The notes beneath the pieces are model-generated. The model saw only the letters and a list, made by a program, of their open reading frames with translations, had not been told where the DNA came from and did not search any database. A stretch of DNA of 64,000 nt. It comes from Thermodesulfobacteriota bacterium. Its GTDB lineage: Bacteria; Desulfobacterota_D; UBA1144; Nemesobacterales; Nemesobacteraceae. The position numbers and the translations under genes are program-made. Positions 49,511-58,142 of the stretch are shown here, piece after piece. The stretch lies in assembly GCA_963667625.1 (NCBI GenBank), contig OY763921.1, positions 325,778 through 389,777 of the forward strand, written 5' to 3'. How positions within the stretch are numbered: position 1 is the first letter of the stretch; each line of letters starts with the position of its first letter.

Positions 49511-50892
49511 TGACCGGTTTTTGAACAAATTGGTTGACCGGTTTTGTTTTTTTCTTTTTCTTTCAAATCAGACTTGAAGGGCGAGCCCGAAAAGTCTGAT
49601 TTGAAACCGCCGCCTTATCCCTGTGCGGCCCTCCTCATCACTTCTGCTTCTTTCACCACCTTCCCCTCCCTGTCATAAACCCCGAGCCTGCGCTTCCCTT
49701 CGTGAACTACTGCCATTCTCCCATCCTCGTACTCATGCACCATTACCTTCGCCCTCACGAAGTGATAACGGTCCTCAACCGGTGGAATCTGCAGACTCAT
49801 CCCCTTGTACCTCACGCAGTTGTCGTTGCCCACTACCCTTGGGTGCTTCAAACACAGTATGTCCTCTGTCCCCACGCCCAGCAGGGGCACAAACGCTCTT
49901 CCATCCTCCCTGGCCTCTACAGCGAAACGCCCGTTGAAATCCTCAACAAAGCTCTGCTCAAGGTATCTGTTCGCTTCTTCCATATCCCCTATACCCCGCT
50001 CCTCAAGCTCTTGGGGCAACCGCCCCTGCAAAGTCCTGAACATCCTCTCGCTTCGCCCCCTGGCCTCTGGCGAATACCCCGGTATCATCAAAATGCCCAG
50101 TTCAGCCATCGCTCTGGCGAACTGCGTGGGATTCCCCTTGTCCACCTTCCCCCCGGCACTCGGGGTCCTCCAGTAGTGCGACCCCCTGTCGCTGTAAAAA
50201 CTTGCGAATATACCCTCTCTCTCCAATACGTCGCGTACACCTCTCATGCTGCTCCATGTACCCTCCTGGGCACAGAAAAACGCGCTGTATATCCTCCCCG
50301 TGGCATCGTCCATGGTTACAACCAGATCCCACACCTTCCCGCAAACCCACCCGTGCGTGCTTGCGTCCTGGTGGATCATCTCCCCCTCCTGCCCCTTGCG
50401 TTCCCTCATCTCCCTGTGCGGCCCCCGACGCCTTCCCTTCGCCACCACCCCGGCTTCCTGCAGGCGACTCTTTACCCATCCGTAGCTTCGCCTCCCTCCG
50501 TGACGCTCGCCATATGCTTCGTAGAAGTGCCTTATGTTGCGCCCCCCGTAGTGGTCCCGATACAGCCCCACCGCCTCCGAAACCTCCTCCTCGCAAGCAC
50601 GCCGAGGCGAAGGCTTGCCCAGACGCCTGTCCAAAAGCCCCCGCATACCTTCCTCCCTGTAACGAACCACGTAGCGGCGAAATGTCCTCTCGCTCATCTC
50701 AAGCTGCTCTGCAGCTTCAACCTGTGTAATCCTCTTCGCTTCCCATCTCCGGTATACTCGCTCAAACTGGTTTGTCCTGACCATCTGAAGATATCTTGAC
50801 TGACCCATCTCCATCTCCTCCTTACTTCAGAGAAGATAAATACAGTCAACCTCTCTCCAAACCGGTCAACCAATTTGTTCAAAATCCGGTCA
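49511..50892 (-). mobile_element. Insertion sequence (about 1.38 kb) with 34-bp imperfect terminal inverted repeats, rve-type DDE transposase (IS481/ISNCY-like)
   Basis: IRL TGACCGGTTTTTGAACAAATTGGTTGACCGGTTT (49511-49544) against the reverse complement of IRR at 50859-50892, with one mismatch. A single transposase ORF lies inside and is GC-rich relative to its surroundings. Confidence 0.75.
49615..50814 (-). CDS. DDE (rve/integrase-core) transposase with N-terminal HTH
   Basis: 399 aa. HTH (ITQVEAAEQLEMSERTFRRYV) plus an integrase-core D...D...E pattern (HQDASTH, MDDATG, SDRGSHY, YSPEARGRSERMFRTLQ). Confidence 0.75.
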   Translation of the reverse strand: MEMGQSRYLQMVRTNQFERVYRRWEAKRITQVEAAEQLEMSERTFRRYVVRYREEGMRGLLDRRLGKPSPRRACEEEVSEAVGLYRDHYGGRNIRHFYEAYGERHGGRRSYGWVKSRLQEAGVVAKGRRRGPHREMRERKGQEGEMIHQDASTHGWVCGKVWDLVVTMDDATGRIYSAFFCAQEGTWSSMRGVRDVLEREGIFASFYSDRGSHYWRTPSAGGKVDKGNPTQFARAMAELGILMIPGYSPEARGRSERMFRTLQGRLPQELEERGIGDMEEANRYLEQSFVEDFNGRFAVEAREDGRAFVPLLGVGTEDILCLKHPRVVGNDNCVRYKGMSLQIPPVEDRYHFVRAKVMVHEYEDGRMAVVHEGKRRLGVYDREGKVVKEAEVMRRAAQG

Positions 50893-51012
50893 TATAACTT
50901 ACTCTCTACACATACTGAAACTATTTAAATTACCGTTTCTCCCACCCGTTGTTCAGGACGGACCTTGTTACGAGGATTGTTATTTGTTTTTTTCGACTTT
51001 AATATTAAGGGA

Positions 51013-51687
51013 ATGTCTGGGAAAGCGGTTGTCATGGTCTCTGGAGGCGTGGACAGTTCTACTCTCTGCTACAAGGCGGTTCGGGAAGGGTACGAAGTCT
51101 TTCCTCTTACCTTCATCTATGGGCAGAAGCACGAAAAGGAGATTCGCTCCTCAGAGAGTATATGTCGCCGTCTTGGGCTTGTCCCCAACATAGTCGATCT
51201 TTCTTCCGTAAGGACTCTTTTCGGTTCCTCCGCGCTTACCGACCGGGACGTCGAAATTCCCAGGGTTTCCGCGACGGCAGGCAATTATGAGACACTCTCG
51301 GCAACAGTCGTTCCGAATCGAAACGCCATCTTTCTTTCCCTTTCCGTTGCCTATTCACAGAGCATCGGCTGCGACACTGTGTTCTACGGCGCGCATCGTT
51401 CCGACAGGGGTGTGTATCCCGACTGTCGACCGGAGTTCATTTCGGCTTTCGAGAAAGCGGAGAAACTCGCGACTGATAACGAACGCCTCACCATAGTTGC
51501 CCCGTTTGTAGATATGGACAAGTCGGGGATAGTCAGACTCGGCGCAAGTCTCAGGGTTCCTTTCGAAGACACGTGGTCATGCTACGTGGGTTCCCGTATG
51601 CACTGCGGCACCTGCAGCTCGTGCAGGGAGAGAAAAAGGGCTTTTATCGAAGCGGATGTGGACGATCCGACGCAATACGAGGCGTAA
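51013..51687 (+). CDS. queC: 7-cyano-7-deazaguanine synthase
   Basis: Start at ATG 51013. PP-loop VVMVSGGVDSST and C-terminal Zn-binding Cys residues (CGTCSSC). Confidence 0.9.
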   Translation: MSGKAVVMVSGGVDSSTLCYKAVREGYEVFPLTFIYGQKHEKEIRSSESICRRLGLVPNIVDLSSVRTLFGSSALTDRDVEIPRVSATAGNYETLSATVVPNRNAIFLSLSVAYSQSIGCDTVFYGAHRSDRGVYPDCRPEFISAFEKAEKLATDNERLTIVAPFVDMDKSGIVRLGASLRVPFEDTWSCYVGSRMHCGTCSSCRERKRAFIEADVDDPTQYEA

Positions 51688-51692
51688 TCTCA

Positions 51693-52334
51693 ATGAAAGT
51701 AAGCGAAATTTTCTTTTCAATACAGGGTGAGGGAATCCATATCGGACTGCCGACGGTTTTCCTCAGGCTTTTTGCCTGTGATCTCAGGTGCAGTTGGTGC
51801 GATACCATGTACGCCGTGGAGGGATCTGACTTCCGGGAGATGGAAATCGGGGAAGTCCTAAACAGGATACTTGAGTATGGCTGCTCCCGCGTCTGCATAA
51901 CGGGAGGGGAGCCGCTTATCCAGCGGGATGAAGTGGAAAAGGTGGCGGAATTTCTCCTTGAAAGGGATTTCGTTGTTGTGCTTGAAACAAGCGGGAATAA
52001 AAAGCCGCCCGGAATTTTTTCCCATCCCAATTCGGTTGTGAGTATGGACTGTAAGTGTCCCGGTTCGGGCATGGCCTCCAGAATGGATTTTTCGCTATAC
52101 GACGCCTTGGGGAAAAAGGACCAGCTCAAGTTCGTGATAGCGGACAAAGAGGACTACGAATACGCAAGGGGTGTTCTAGCGCAGCGTCGCATAAGGGCTT
52201 CAATCATATTTCAGCCCGTTTACGGTACAAAAGCGGACTGGATAGCCGAGAGAGTCCTGCGCGACGGTATGGAAGATGTAAGAGTGCTCCCCCAGCTTCA
52301 CAAAATATTCTGGGGAGAAAAAAGGGGGGTTTAA
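51693..52334 (+). CDS. queE: 7-carboxy-7-deazaguanine synthase (radical SAM)
   Basis: Start at ATG 51693. EIFFSIQGEG and CDLRCSWCDT (the QueE-type CxxxCxxC variant). Confidence 0.85.
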   Translation: MKVSEIFFSIQGEGIHIGLPTVFLRLFACDLRCSWCDTMYAVEGSDFREMEIGEVLNRILEYGCSRVCITGGEPLIQRDEVEKVAEFLLERDFVVVLETSGNKKPPGIFSHPNSVVSMDCKCPGSGMASRMDFSLYDALGKKDQLKFVIADKEDYEYARGVLAQRRIRASIIFQPVYGTKADWIAERVLRDGMEDVRVLPQLHKIFWGEKRGV

Positions 52335-52462
52335 CTTCTTGCATAGTTTTGGAACTCCTCGATTCCGTTTTTAATTTTTTAACGTTTTTCTTGCTATTAT
52401 GTTAGAATTCAGGGTATAAATGGTAGGCCACGCGGGCGGATTAGAAGCTGAGGAGAGAAACG

Positions 52463-53329
52463 ATGGAAAAGCACGCAGAAGATTACAATTACGAGCCTTT
52501 TGCCGATACCGAGGAGTACAGGAAGGTAAACGGCGATATAACCAGAAGCTGGATCCAGATAATGGTCGACAGAGGGGTGGAGAGCCTTGACAGGTTCCTT
52601 GACATCGCTACGGGAGCGGGCACAATGGCGCAGCTTTTCTTCGATATGCTTCCCGCGAATCTAAAGGATTCGGCGGTGTTTTGCCTTGACCAGTCGGCAG
52701 GCGCTCTTAAACTCGCCAAGAGCAGGCTTGAAAAAGAAATTGACAAACTGAATCTTATCAATTCATCCATACAGGAACTTGATCTGCCTCCGAAAAGCCT
52801 TGACGTGGCGGTATGGGGCAACGGCATACATTACCTTGATGAGGAGGAACAGCTGAAGAGCCTCAAGGCGATCAAAAAAGCGCTTAAGCCTGGAGGCTGG
52901 TTTTTTTTCAACACCTCTTTTTACGAAGGGGCAAGACCCGAGGAGACCATACCTTTCTACAGGACCCAAGTGAGAAACGCTGTTCAGTTCCTGAGAAAAC
53001 AGGGAGTGAAAAGAGTAAAGGTTGAGGGGAAAGCCGAAGCCGCGAAGTTTCACCCGCGCTCCTACTACGAAGAGCTGGTTGGCAAGGTAGGACTTGACCT
53101 TGTCGACGCTCAGGAATTTGCTGCTGACCTTACGAAAGAAGCGTGGGAGCACATAAGTTCTTTCCAGCAGTATGCCGCCGGCGCCCTTCACGGCTATCCG
53201 GACGAGGCCGTTTCCGATGCTATGAAAAACGCTGTTGAGCCGGCAATTCTTCTCCACGGAGAAGTGAACAAGGATGGCAACCACTTTGTTACCAGAAAGT
53301 GGCTTTCCATAAGCGCCCGACGGGCGTGA
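52463..53329 (+). CDS. Class I SAM-dependent methyltransferase
   Basis: Motif I LDIATGAGTMA and LKPGGWFFF. Confidence 0.75.
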   Translation: MEKHAEDYNYEPFADTEEYRKVNGDITRSWIQIMVDRGVESLDRFLDIATGAGTMAQLFFDMLPANLKDSAVFCLDQSAGALKLAKSRLEKEIDKLNLINSSIQELDLPPKSLDVAVWGNGIHYLDEEEQLKSLKAIKKALKPGGWFFFNTSFYEGARPEETIPFYRTQVRNAVQFLRKQGVKRVKVEGKAEAAKFHPRSYYEELVGKVGLDLVDAQEFAADLTKEAWEHISSFQQYAAGALHGYPDEAVSDAMKNAVEPAILLHGEVNKDGNHFVTRKWLSISARRA

Positions 53330-53347
53330 TTTTCCGCAGCGGGGACA

Positions 53348-53815
53348 TTATTCGCCCGGAACGCTGTTTTCCCTTAAAAAATCGAATGTATAGAATCCGG
53401 TTTCGCACCAGTTCTCACCTATGAACCTTATGGCGTAATTCCCGACGTACTCTATCTTCTCCGGTGCCATGCTGCTTTTTCCGAGGGGTATCCGTTTTTT
53501 AAACGGAAGTTTCCCGGTTCTGCTTTTTTTTCTGAGCCTCCTGCAGGTGGCGCAGGGACAGATTTCCCTGAGTTCATCGTAAAAGAATATGCTTTCTTCC
53601 CCGTTATCCCAGACGATCTGAAGAGCTTTTTCTGTAAATTCGTTTATTTCCTTAGGTTTTACGCTCACGACACCATATTTTACCTGCCCGCTCAACCGCA
53701 ATCGATTTAAACCGATTTTTGTATTATCGAGGGGGTTTTCCCCGCCGGTTCCAAAGAGCGGCTGATCTAGATTTTCGTGTCCTGAATTCGCCCGGCATCG
53801 GGGGGCTGCGATCAA
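53348..53815 (-). CDS. DUF971-family protein (gamma-butyrobetaine hydroxylase-like N-terminal domain)
   Basis: LQIVWDNGEESIFFYDELREICPCATCR matches the DUF971 hallmark; the true start is probably internal, giving a protein of about 110 aa. Confidence 0.6.
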   Translation of the reverse strand: MIAAPRCRANSGHENLDQPLFGTGGENPLDNTKIGLNRLRLSGQVKYGVVSVKPKEINEFTEKALQIVWDNGEESIFFYDELREICPCATCRRLRKKSRTGKLPFKKRIPLGKSSMAPEKIEYVGNYAIRFIGENWCETGFYTFDFLRENSVPGE

Positions 53816-53857
53816 TTTGCGGACAGTTAACGCAAGCGGTTATAATCAAAACCTGAA

Positions 53858-54622
53858 ATGAGCGAGCAGGAACAGGATGCACTCTCGGCGACGGTCGAAT
53901 GGATTCGGGAAGCCTCCCAGATAGTTTTTCTAACGGGAATTGAACTCTCTCTTGAAGTCGGACTGCCCGACGTTTCGGATTTGAGCTTCAATCCCGACAT
54001 AGGGAAATTCAAGAATCGCCCGGAGGTAAGAAGAGAGTACTGGGAAAAGATAAAGGATTTTTATCCCAGAATCTCGGAGGCTAGGCCTTCTCCTGCCCAC
54101 GAAGCCATTTACGAGATGGAGTTTCTCTGCAACGTCGACTGCGTTCTTACCCAGGCGGCCGACGGCTTGCACAGCAAAACCGGCAGTGAAAAGATAATAG
54201 AGATATACTCGACGATAAACTGGGTCCACTGCCATGAATGCGGAAACGATTACCACACCGACGGGATATTGCTTTCCCTTGAGGACAGCAAGACCGGCAT
54301 TCCGAAATGCAAGGAATGCCAGAGCGATCAGATGAAGCCTCCGCTATCCTTTCCGGGACAGCCGCTTCCCCACTGGGAGATAAGGGAGTCCTGGATGAGG
54401 CTTCAGCACTGCGATCTCTTCATAGTTGTCGGGGCGAATCTGGAGATCGAGCCCGTGGCGTCTTTTCCCTTCCAGGTCATGAACAAGGGGAACAAGGCCG
54501 TTATTATCGGCGAGAGGAACACCCCGGCCGACGATTACGTAAGTGCCGTCATATACGGAAGCCCGAGCCAAGTCATGCCTTACATAGTTGATAAACTCAA
54601 GGAAACCCATACGGTTTCCTGA
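53858..54622 (+). CDS. Sir2-family (sirtuin-like) protein with Zn-ribbon; glycine-rich NAD loop degenerate
   Basis: QAADGLH (QNIDxLH-like), Zn ribbon CHEC...CKEC, and VVGANLEIEP (VIGTSLxVxP-like). The canonical GAGIS motif is replaced by LTGIELSLEVGLP. Confidence 0.65.
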   Translation: MSEQEQDALSATVEWIREASQIVFLTGIELSLEVGLPDVSDLSFNPDIGKFKNRPEVRREYWEKIKDFYPRISEARPSPAHEAIYEMEFLCNVDCVLTQAADGLHSKTGSEKIIEIYSTINWVHCHECGNDYHTDGILLSLEDSKTGIPKCKECQSDQMKPPLSFPGQPLPHWEIRESWMRLQHCDLFIVVGANLEIEPVASFPFQVMNKGNKAVIIGERNTPADDYVSAVIYGSPSQVMPYIVDKLKETHTVS

Positions 54623-54677
54623 ACCGCGGGAGCCGTGGGAGGAGAGCGGGAGAGCAGGCTTGTCCACCGAGATAAAA

Positions 54678-56153
54678 ATGGATGATAAAGACATCGCGCG
54701 GGAGATGCAACGTTACGTTTCGAATCTCGACAGGGACATCTACACCATAAGCAACATTCCCGAGGAAGTCGTTGCCGTCATCTTTGCCTACGTAAGCAGA
54801 AGTCCCAAAAGTTTCAGGGAAAACATAGACACCGTGATAAGGGAGCAGGAGATGGGGAGGGACAGGGCGGAGAAGTTCCACGAGAAGTGGGTTCTTAACT
54901 ACGGTCACGCTTCCGTTGCCGAGCACGCGACCGTGCACATAGGAGTTGAGAGGGTTTCAAGGCTTTTCTCGTCCCTGCTTGAATGCGCAAACGAATTCCT
55001 CTCGTTTACCGAATACTCGCAGAGATACCAGAGGCCCCGCAAAGGCGACAACTATATTCCCCAAGAGCTTGACCAGCACCCCGCACTTAAAAAAGAATTC
55101 GAGGAGCTTTGCGATTTTCAGTACGAGGTTTACTCGAGGCTCAACACCGAGCTCTTTGATTTTCTGAAAAAGAAATTTCCCGTTCCCGAAAACAAGGAGG
55201 AAAAAGCCCACTTCAGGGCGCTTGAGAAAATAGCGTTTGAGGACGCAAGGTACGCACTTAATCTCTCCACGCTTACGAATCTCGGCATGACGGCGAACGC
55301 AAGGGCAATGGAGCAGACCCTCTCCGCGCTTCTCTCAAGCCGCTACTTGGAAGCCAGAAAGAGGGCCGAGGAGATAAAAAGCGAGGTCAAATTCTCGATT
55401 CCGACCCTTGTGAAGTATGCAGACGAGAACCCCTACATGGTCAGAACGCGAGAGGCGTTCGAGGAGTTCTTGCGTAGTCTCGGCGACGCTTGGAAAAACG
55501 CACCCGGCAACGGATCCTCGGTTACCCTTTTTGACTACACGGGGCGGGGAAAAGAAAATCCCCAGGCCGAGGCTTTAAGTGAGATCGCAAGAGGACTTCT
55601 TTTCGAATTCTCGGGGCTTTCAGTCGGAGATATAGAAAGACACCTTTCCGAAAACACCCCGGAGCTTAAGAAGATTTTTTTAATGGCTGTCCAAGAACTC
55701 GGAAAGCACGACAACCCGGTGGGCATATTCAGATCGATTAACTACAATGCTGAGTTCGTCCTGAGCGAAGCGGCATGGCATCAGCTGCTGAGGCACAGGA
55801 AGGTCAGCTGGACCGCGAAGGAGCCTTCTGTGGGGGAGGGAGTGACGATTCCACCACATGTTACGGAATCGGGAACAGAGGAGCTTCTGCTCGAAGCCGT
55901 CGGGCGAAGCGAGCGGTTCTATGGGGAACTCGTTGACGCCGGTTTTCGCGACGTGGCGAGCTACGTTGTCACAAACGCCCACAACAGGAGAGTCCGCGGG
56001 AGCTTCGATCTCTGGGAGCTATACCACCTGACGAACCTGCGGATGTCGGAGGGGGCGCAATGGGATATAAAGAAAGTCATTGGGCAGCTTGCGGAAGAAA
56101 TTGACAAAGTGCATCCGGTCTTTGTTCGTTCCGCTTTGAAAAGGGTTGGTTAA
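54678..56153 (+). CDS. thyX: FAD-dependent thymidylate synthase ThyX-like, long tandem-duplicated form
   Basis: Start at ATG 54678. The N-half has YGHASVAEHATVHIG (ThyX HxSVxEH-like) and SRLFSS...FTEYSQRY. The C-half has WHQLLRHRKVS (RHR motif) and GSFDLWELYHLTNLRMSEGAQWDI. About 490 aa, roughly twice the canonical ThyX length. Confidence 0.65.
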   Translation: MDDKDIAREMQRYVSNLDRDIYTISNIPEEVVAVIFAYVSRSPKSFRENIDTVIREQEMGRDRAEKFHEKWVLNYGHASVAEHATVHIGVERVSRLFSSLLECANEFLSFTEYSQRYQRPRKGDNYIPQELDQHPALKKEFEELCDFQYEVYSRLNTELFDFLKKKFPVPENKEEKAHFRALEKIAFEDARYALNLSTLTNLGMTANARAMEQTLSALLSSRYLEARKRAEEIKSEVKFSIPTLVKYADENPYMVRTREAFEEFLRSLGDAWKNAPGNGSSVTLFDYTGRGKENPQAEALSEIARGLLFEFSGLSVGDIERHLSENTPELKKIFLMAVQELGKHDNPVGIFRSINYNAEFVLSEAAWHQLLRHRKVSWTAKEPSVGEGVTIPPHVTESGTEELLLEAVGRSERFYGELVDAGFRDVASYVVTNAHNRRVRGSFDLWELYHLTNLRMSEGAQWDIKKVIGQLAEEIDKVHPVFVRSALKRVG

Positions 56154-56171
56154 GAAAGAAAAAGGGATAGT

Positions 56172-56393
56172 TTGATGTCGCTTCAGCCTGTCAGAAGATG
56201 TGAAGAGTGTGGTTACGAGACCACGGCGAAAACGGATGTATGCCTTTCCTGCGGAGAGAGGATGCGACGCAGGGGGAAAGGTGGAGTCAGAGGACTTCTC
56301 CGAAGCCTGATACTTCTAGCAATTGCGATTTACATACTTCTGTCCGCGTTTAAGGTCTTCGGATTATCGCTGGTGGTGGGGTGCTGTGGCTGA
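56172..56393 (+). CDS. Small Zn-ribbon + C-terminal TM protein
   Basis: CEECGYETTAKTDVCLSCGE double CxxC, then a hydrophobic tail LLRSLILLAIAIYILLSAF. Overlaps the next ORF in a different frame. Confidence 0.4.
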   Translation: MMSLQPVRRCEECGYETTAKTDVCLSCGERMRRRGKGGVRGLLRSLILLAIAIYILLSAFKVFGLSLVVGCCG

Positions 56394-56883
56394 TTCGAAG
56401 CATGTCTCGAAGGTAAAAGAGGGGGCGGCCGCGTGGAACCAGTGGCGGGAGGAGGAGCCCGATGTTATGCCGGATCTTGGCTGGGCGAATCTTAACGGGA
56501 TTAATCTTGACGGCGCCGTGTTTGCGAAGTCAGCTCTCAAGCTTGCTTTCTGCAAGGGGTGCAGTCTGGTAGGCGCGGATTTTTCCGAGGCGAACATGCG
56601 CGGAGTGAACCTTGAGGGTTGCGATCTTCGCGGCGCGGTATTCAGGGGTGCCAACCTTGAAGGGGCTCACATGCTGGGTGCTGATCTAACGGGTGCCGAT
56701 TTCGCCGGAGCTAACCTCAAGCTTGCGAATTTCGACGGGGCGATTCTGAGGGATGCCAACCTTACGGGCGCAAGGAAATTGCGGGCTTCCCAGCTGTTTC
56801 ATCTAAAGGATCTTGAAAATCTCAAGGTTTCGGACGAAATGCTGAAAAAGGTGAAAACTAAATCTCCGCATCTGTTTGAGTAA
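56323..56883 (+). CDS. Pentapeptide-repeat protein
   Basis: Consecutive A(D/N)LxG pentapeptides (ANLNGINLDGAVFAKSAL...GADFSEANMRGVNLEGCDLRGAVFRGANLEGAHMLGADLTGADFAGANLKLANF). The start is uncertain (no in-frame ATG near the typical WNQWR N-terminus), so a frameshift fusion with the upstream Zn-ribbon ORF is possible. Confidence 0.65.
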   Translation: MRFTYFCPRLRSSDYRWWWGAVADSKHVSKVKEGAAAWNQWREEEPDVMPDLGWANLNGINLDGAVFAKSALKLAFCKGCSLVGADFSEANMRGVNLEGCDLRGAVFRGANLEGAHMLGADLTGADFAGANLKLANFDGAILRDANLTGARKLRASQLFHLKDLENLKVSDEMLKKVKTKSPHLFE

Positions 56884-56990
56884 GTTCTCCGCCCGGGAAG
56901 GTGCTTTTTGCTTTCCCCTCACGCTTTAACGTCTCCCTGTTTCGTGCCTTGCCAACTGCTGCCCGACCGATTACTTTACGTTTAAGAATG

Positions 56991-58139
56991 GACAGGAAAA
57001 TCTACAGCGTATCGGAACTCAATTCCTCGATAAAGGATGCGATTGAGCTTGAGTTCGGCAGGGAAGCAATATGGGTTGAGGGCGAGATTTCCGGTTTCAA
57101 GGGGAATTACGCAAGCGGCCACTGGTATTTTTCCCTGAAAGACGAGAAGAGCCAGATCTCCGCTGCCTGCTTCAGAAGGGACAACCAGCAGATAAAGTTC
57201 ACACCGGAGAACGGGATGGATGTTGTTTGCGCCGCGCGCGTTGGAGTTTACGAGAAAAACGGTGTTTACCAATTGTACGTAAGCGCAATGGAGCCGAAGG
57301 GAGTCGGCGCCGATGCGCTCGCGCTTGAAAAACTCAAGCAGAAGCTTCTCGAAGAAGGACTTTTTGACGTTTCGAAAAAACGCCCTCTTCCTTTTCTCTC
57401 CCGCAAAATAGGGGTAGTTACTTCTCCCTCGGGAGCCGCCGTGAGGGATGTTATCAAGGTCGTATACAGGAGGTCTCCCAATGTAGAGGTTGTTATTTCT
57501 CCCGCGAGCGTTCAGGGGGATAACGCCCCGGCCGAGATAACAAGAGCTCTTGATAGGCTTTACGGCATGGAAGACCTTGATCTTGTGATCGTGACCAGGG
57601 GAGGGGGATCGAAAGAGGATCTCAGGGCCTTTAACGACGAGGGGGTCGCCAGAAAAATCGCCGCTTCCCCCTTTCCCGTGATCTCGGCCGTGGGTCACGA
57701 AGTGGACGTGACAATAGCCGATCTGGTATCCGACGTGAGAGCGGCCACCCCTTCAATGGCCGCCGAACTTGCGGTAAAGGAAAAAAGGGAAATTCTCGAA
57801 GATCTCGCGCAGTTTCGCCGCAGGCTCGATTTCTCCCTCACAAGCCGTATAGACATGTTCTCCATGCAGCTTGACGGACTCGCAACAAGCTTCAGGCATC
57901 ATATGACCTCACGGATCGAGAATCTTGAACGGCGCATCGAGAATTACTCGGGGAAACTTACCTCCCTAAACCCTTTCGGCGTTCTTGAGAGGGGATACGC
58001 TATAGTCTCAAAAGAAAAAAGCGGAGAGATAGTGGAGGATTCCCGGACGCTTGAACCCGAGGAAAAACTCGTTTTAAGGTTGAGCAGGGGCAGGGCGTTT
58101 TGCAGCGTTGAGGGAACGGAGAACGAACCGCAGGTCTGA
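56991..58139 (+). CDS. xseA: Exodeoxyribonuclease VII large subunit
   Basis: Start at ATG 56991. OB-fold N-terminus IWVEGEISGFKGNYASGHWYFSLKDE and overall XseA length. Confidence 0.85.
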   Translation, partial: DRKIYSVSELNSSIKDAIELEFGREAIWVEGEISGFKGNYASGHWYFSLKDEKSQISAACFRRDNQQIKFTPENGMDVVCAARVGVYEKNGVYQLYVSAMEPKGVGADALALEKLKQKLLEEGLFDVSKKRPLPFLSRKIGVVTSPSGAAVRDVIKVVYRRSPNVEVVISPASVQGDNAPAEITRALDRLYGMEDLDLVIVTRGGGSKEDLRAFNDEGVARKIAASPFPVISAVGHEVDVTIADLVSDVRAATPSMAAELAVKEKREILEDLAQFRRRLDFSLTSRIDMFSMQLDGLATSFRHHMTSRIENLERRIENYSGKLTSLNPFGVLERGYAIVSKEKSGEIVEDSRTLEPEEKLVLRLSRGRAFCSVEGTENEPQV

Positions 58140-58142
58140 TCC

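Noticed and set aside
49702-50799. Long antisense ORFs (365 aa plus several of 100-175 aa) inside the IS transposase region
   Set aside because: They overlap the well-supported DDE transposase on the other strand, have proline/arginine-rich low-complexity products, and are an expected artefact of very GC-rich sequence.
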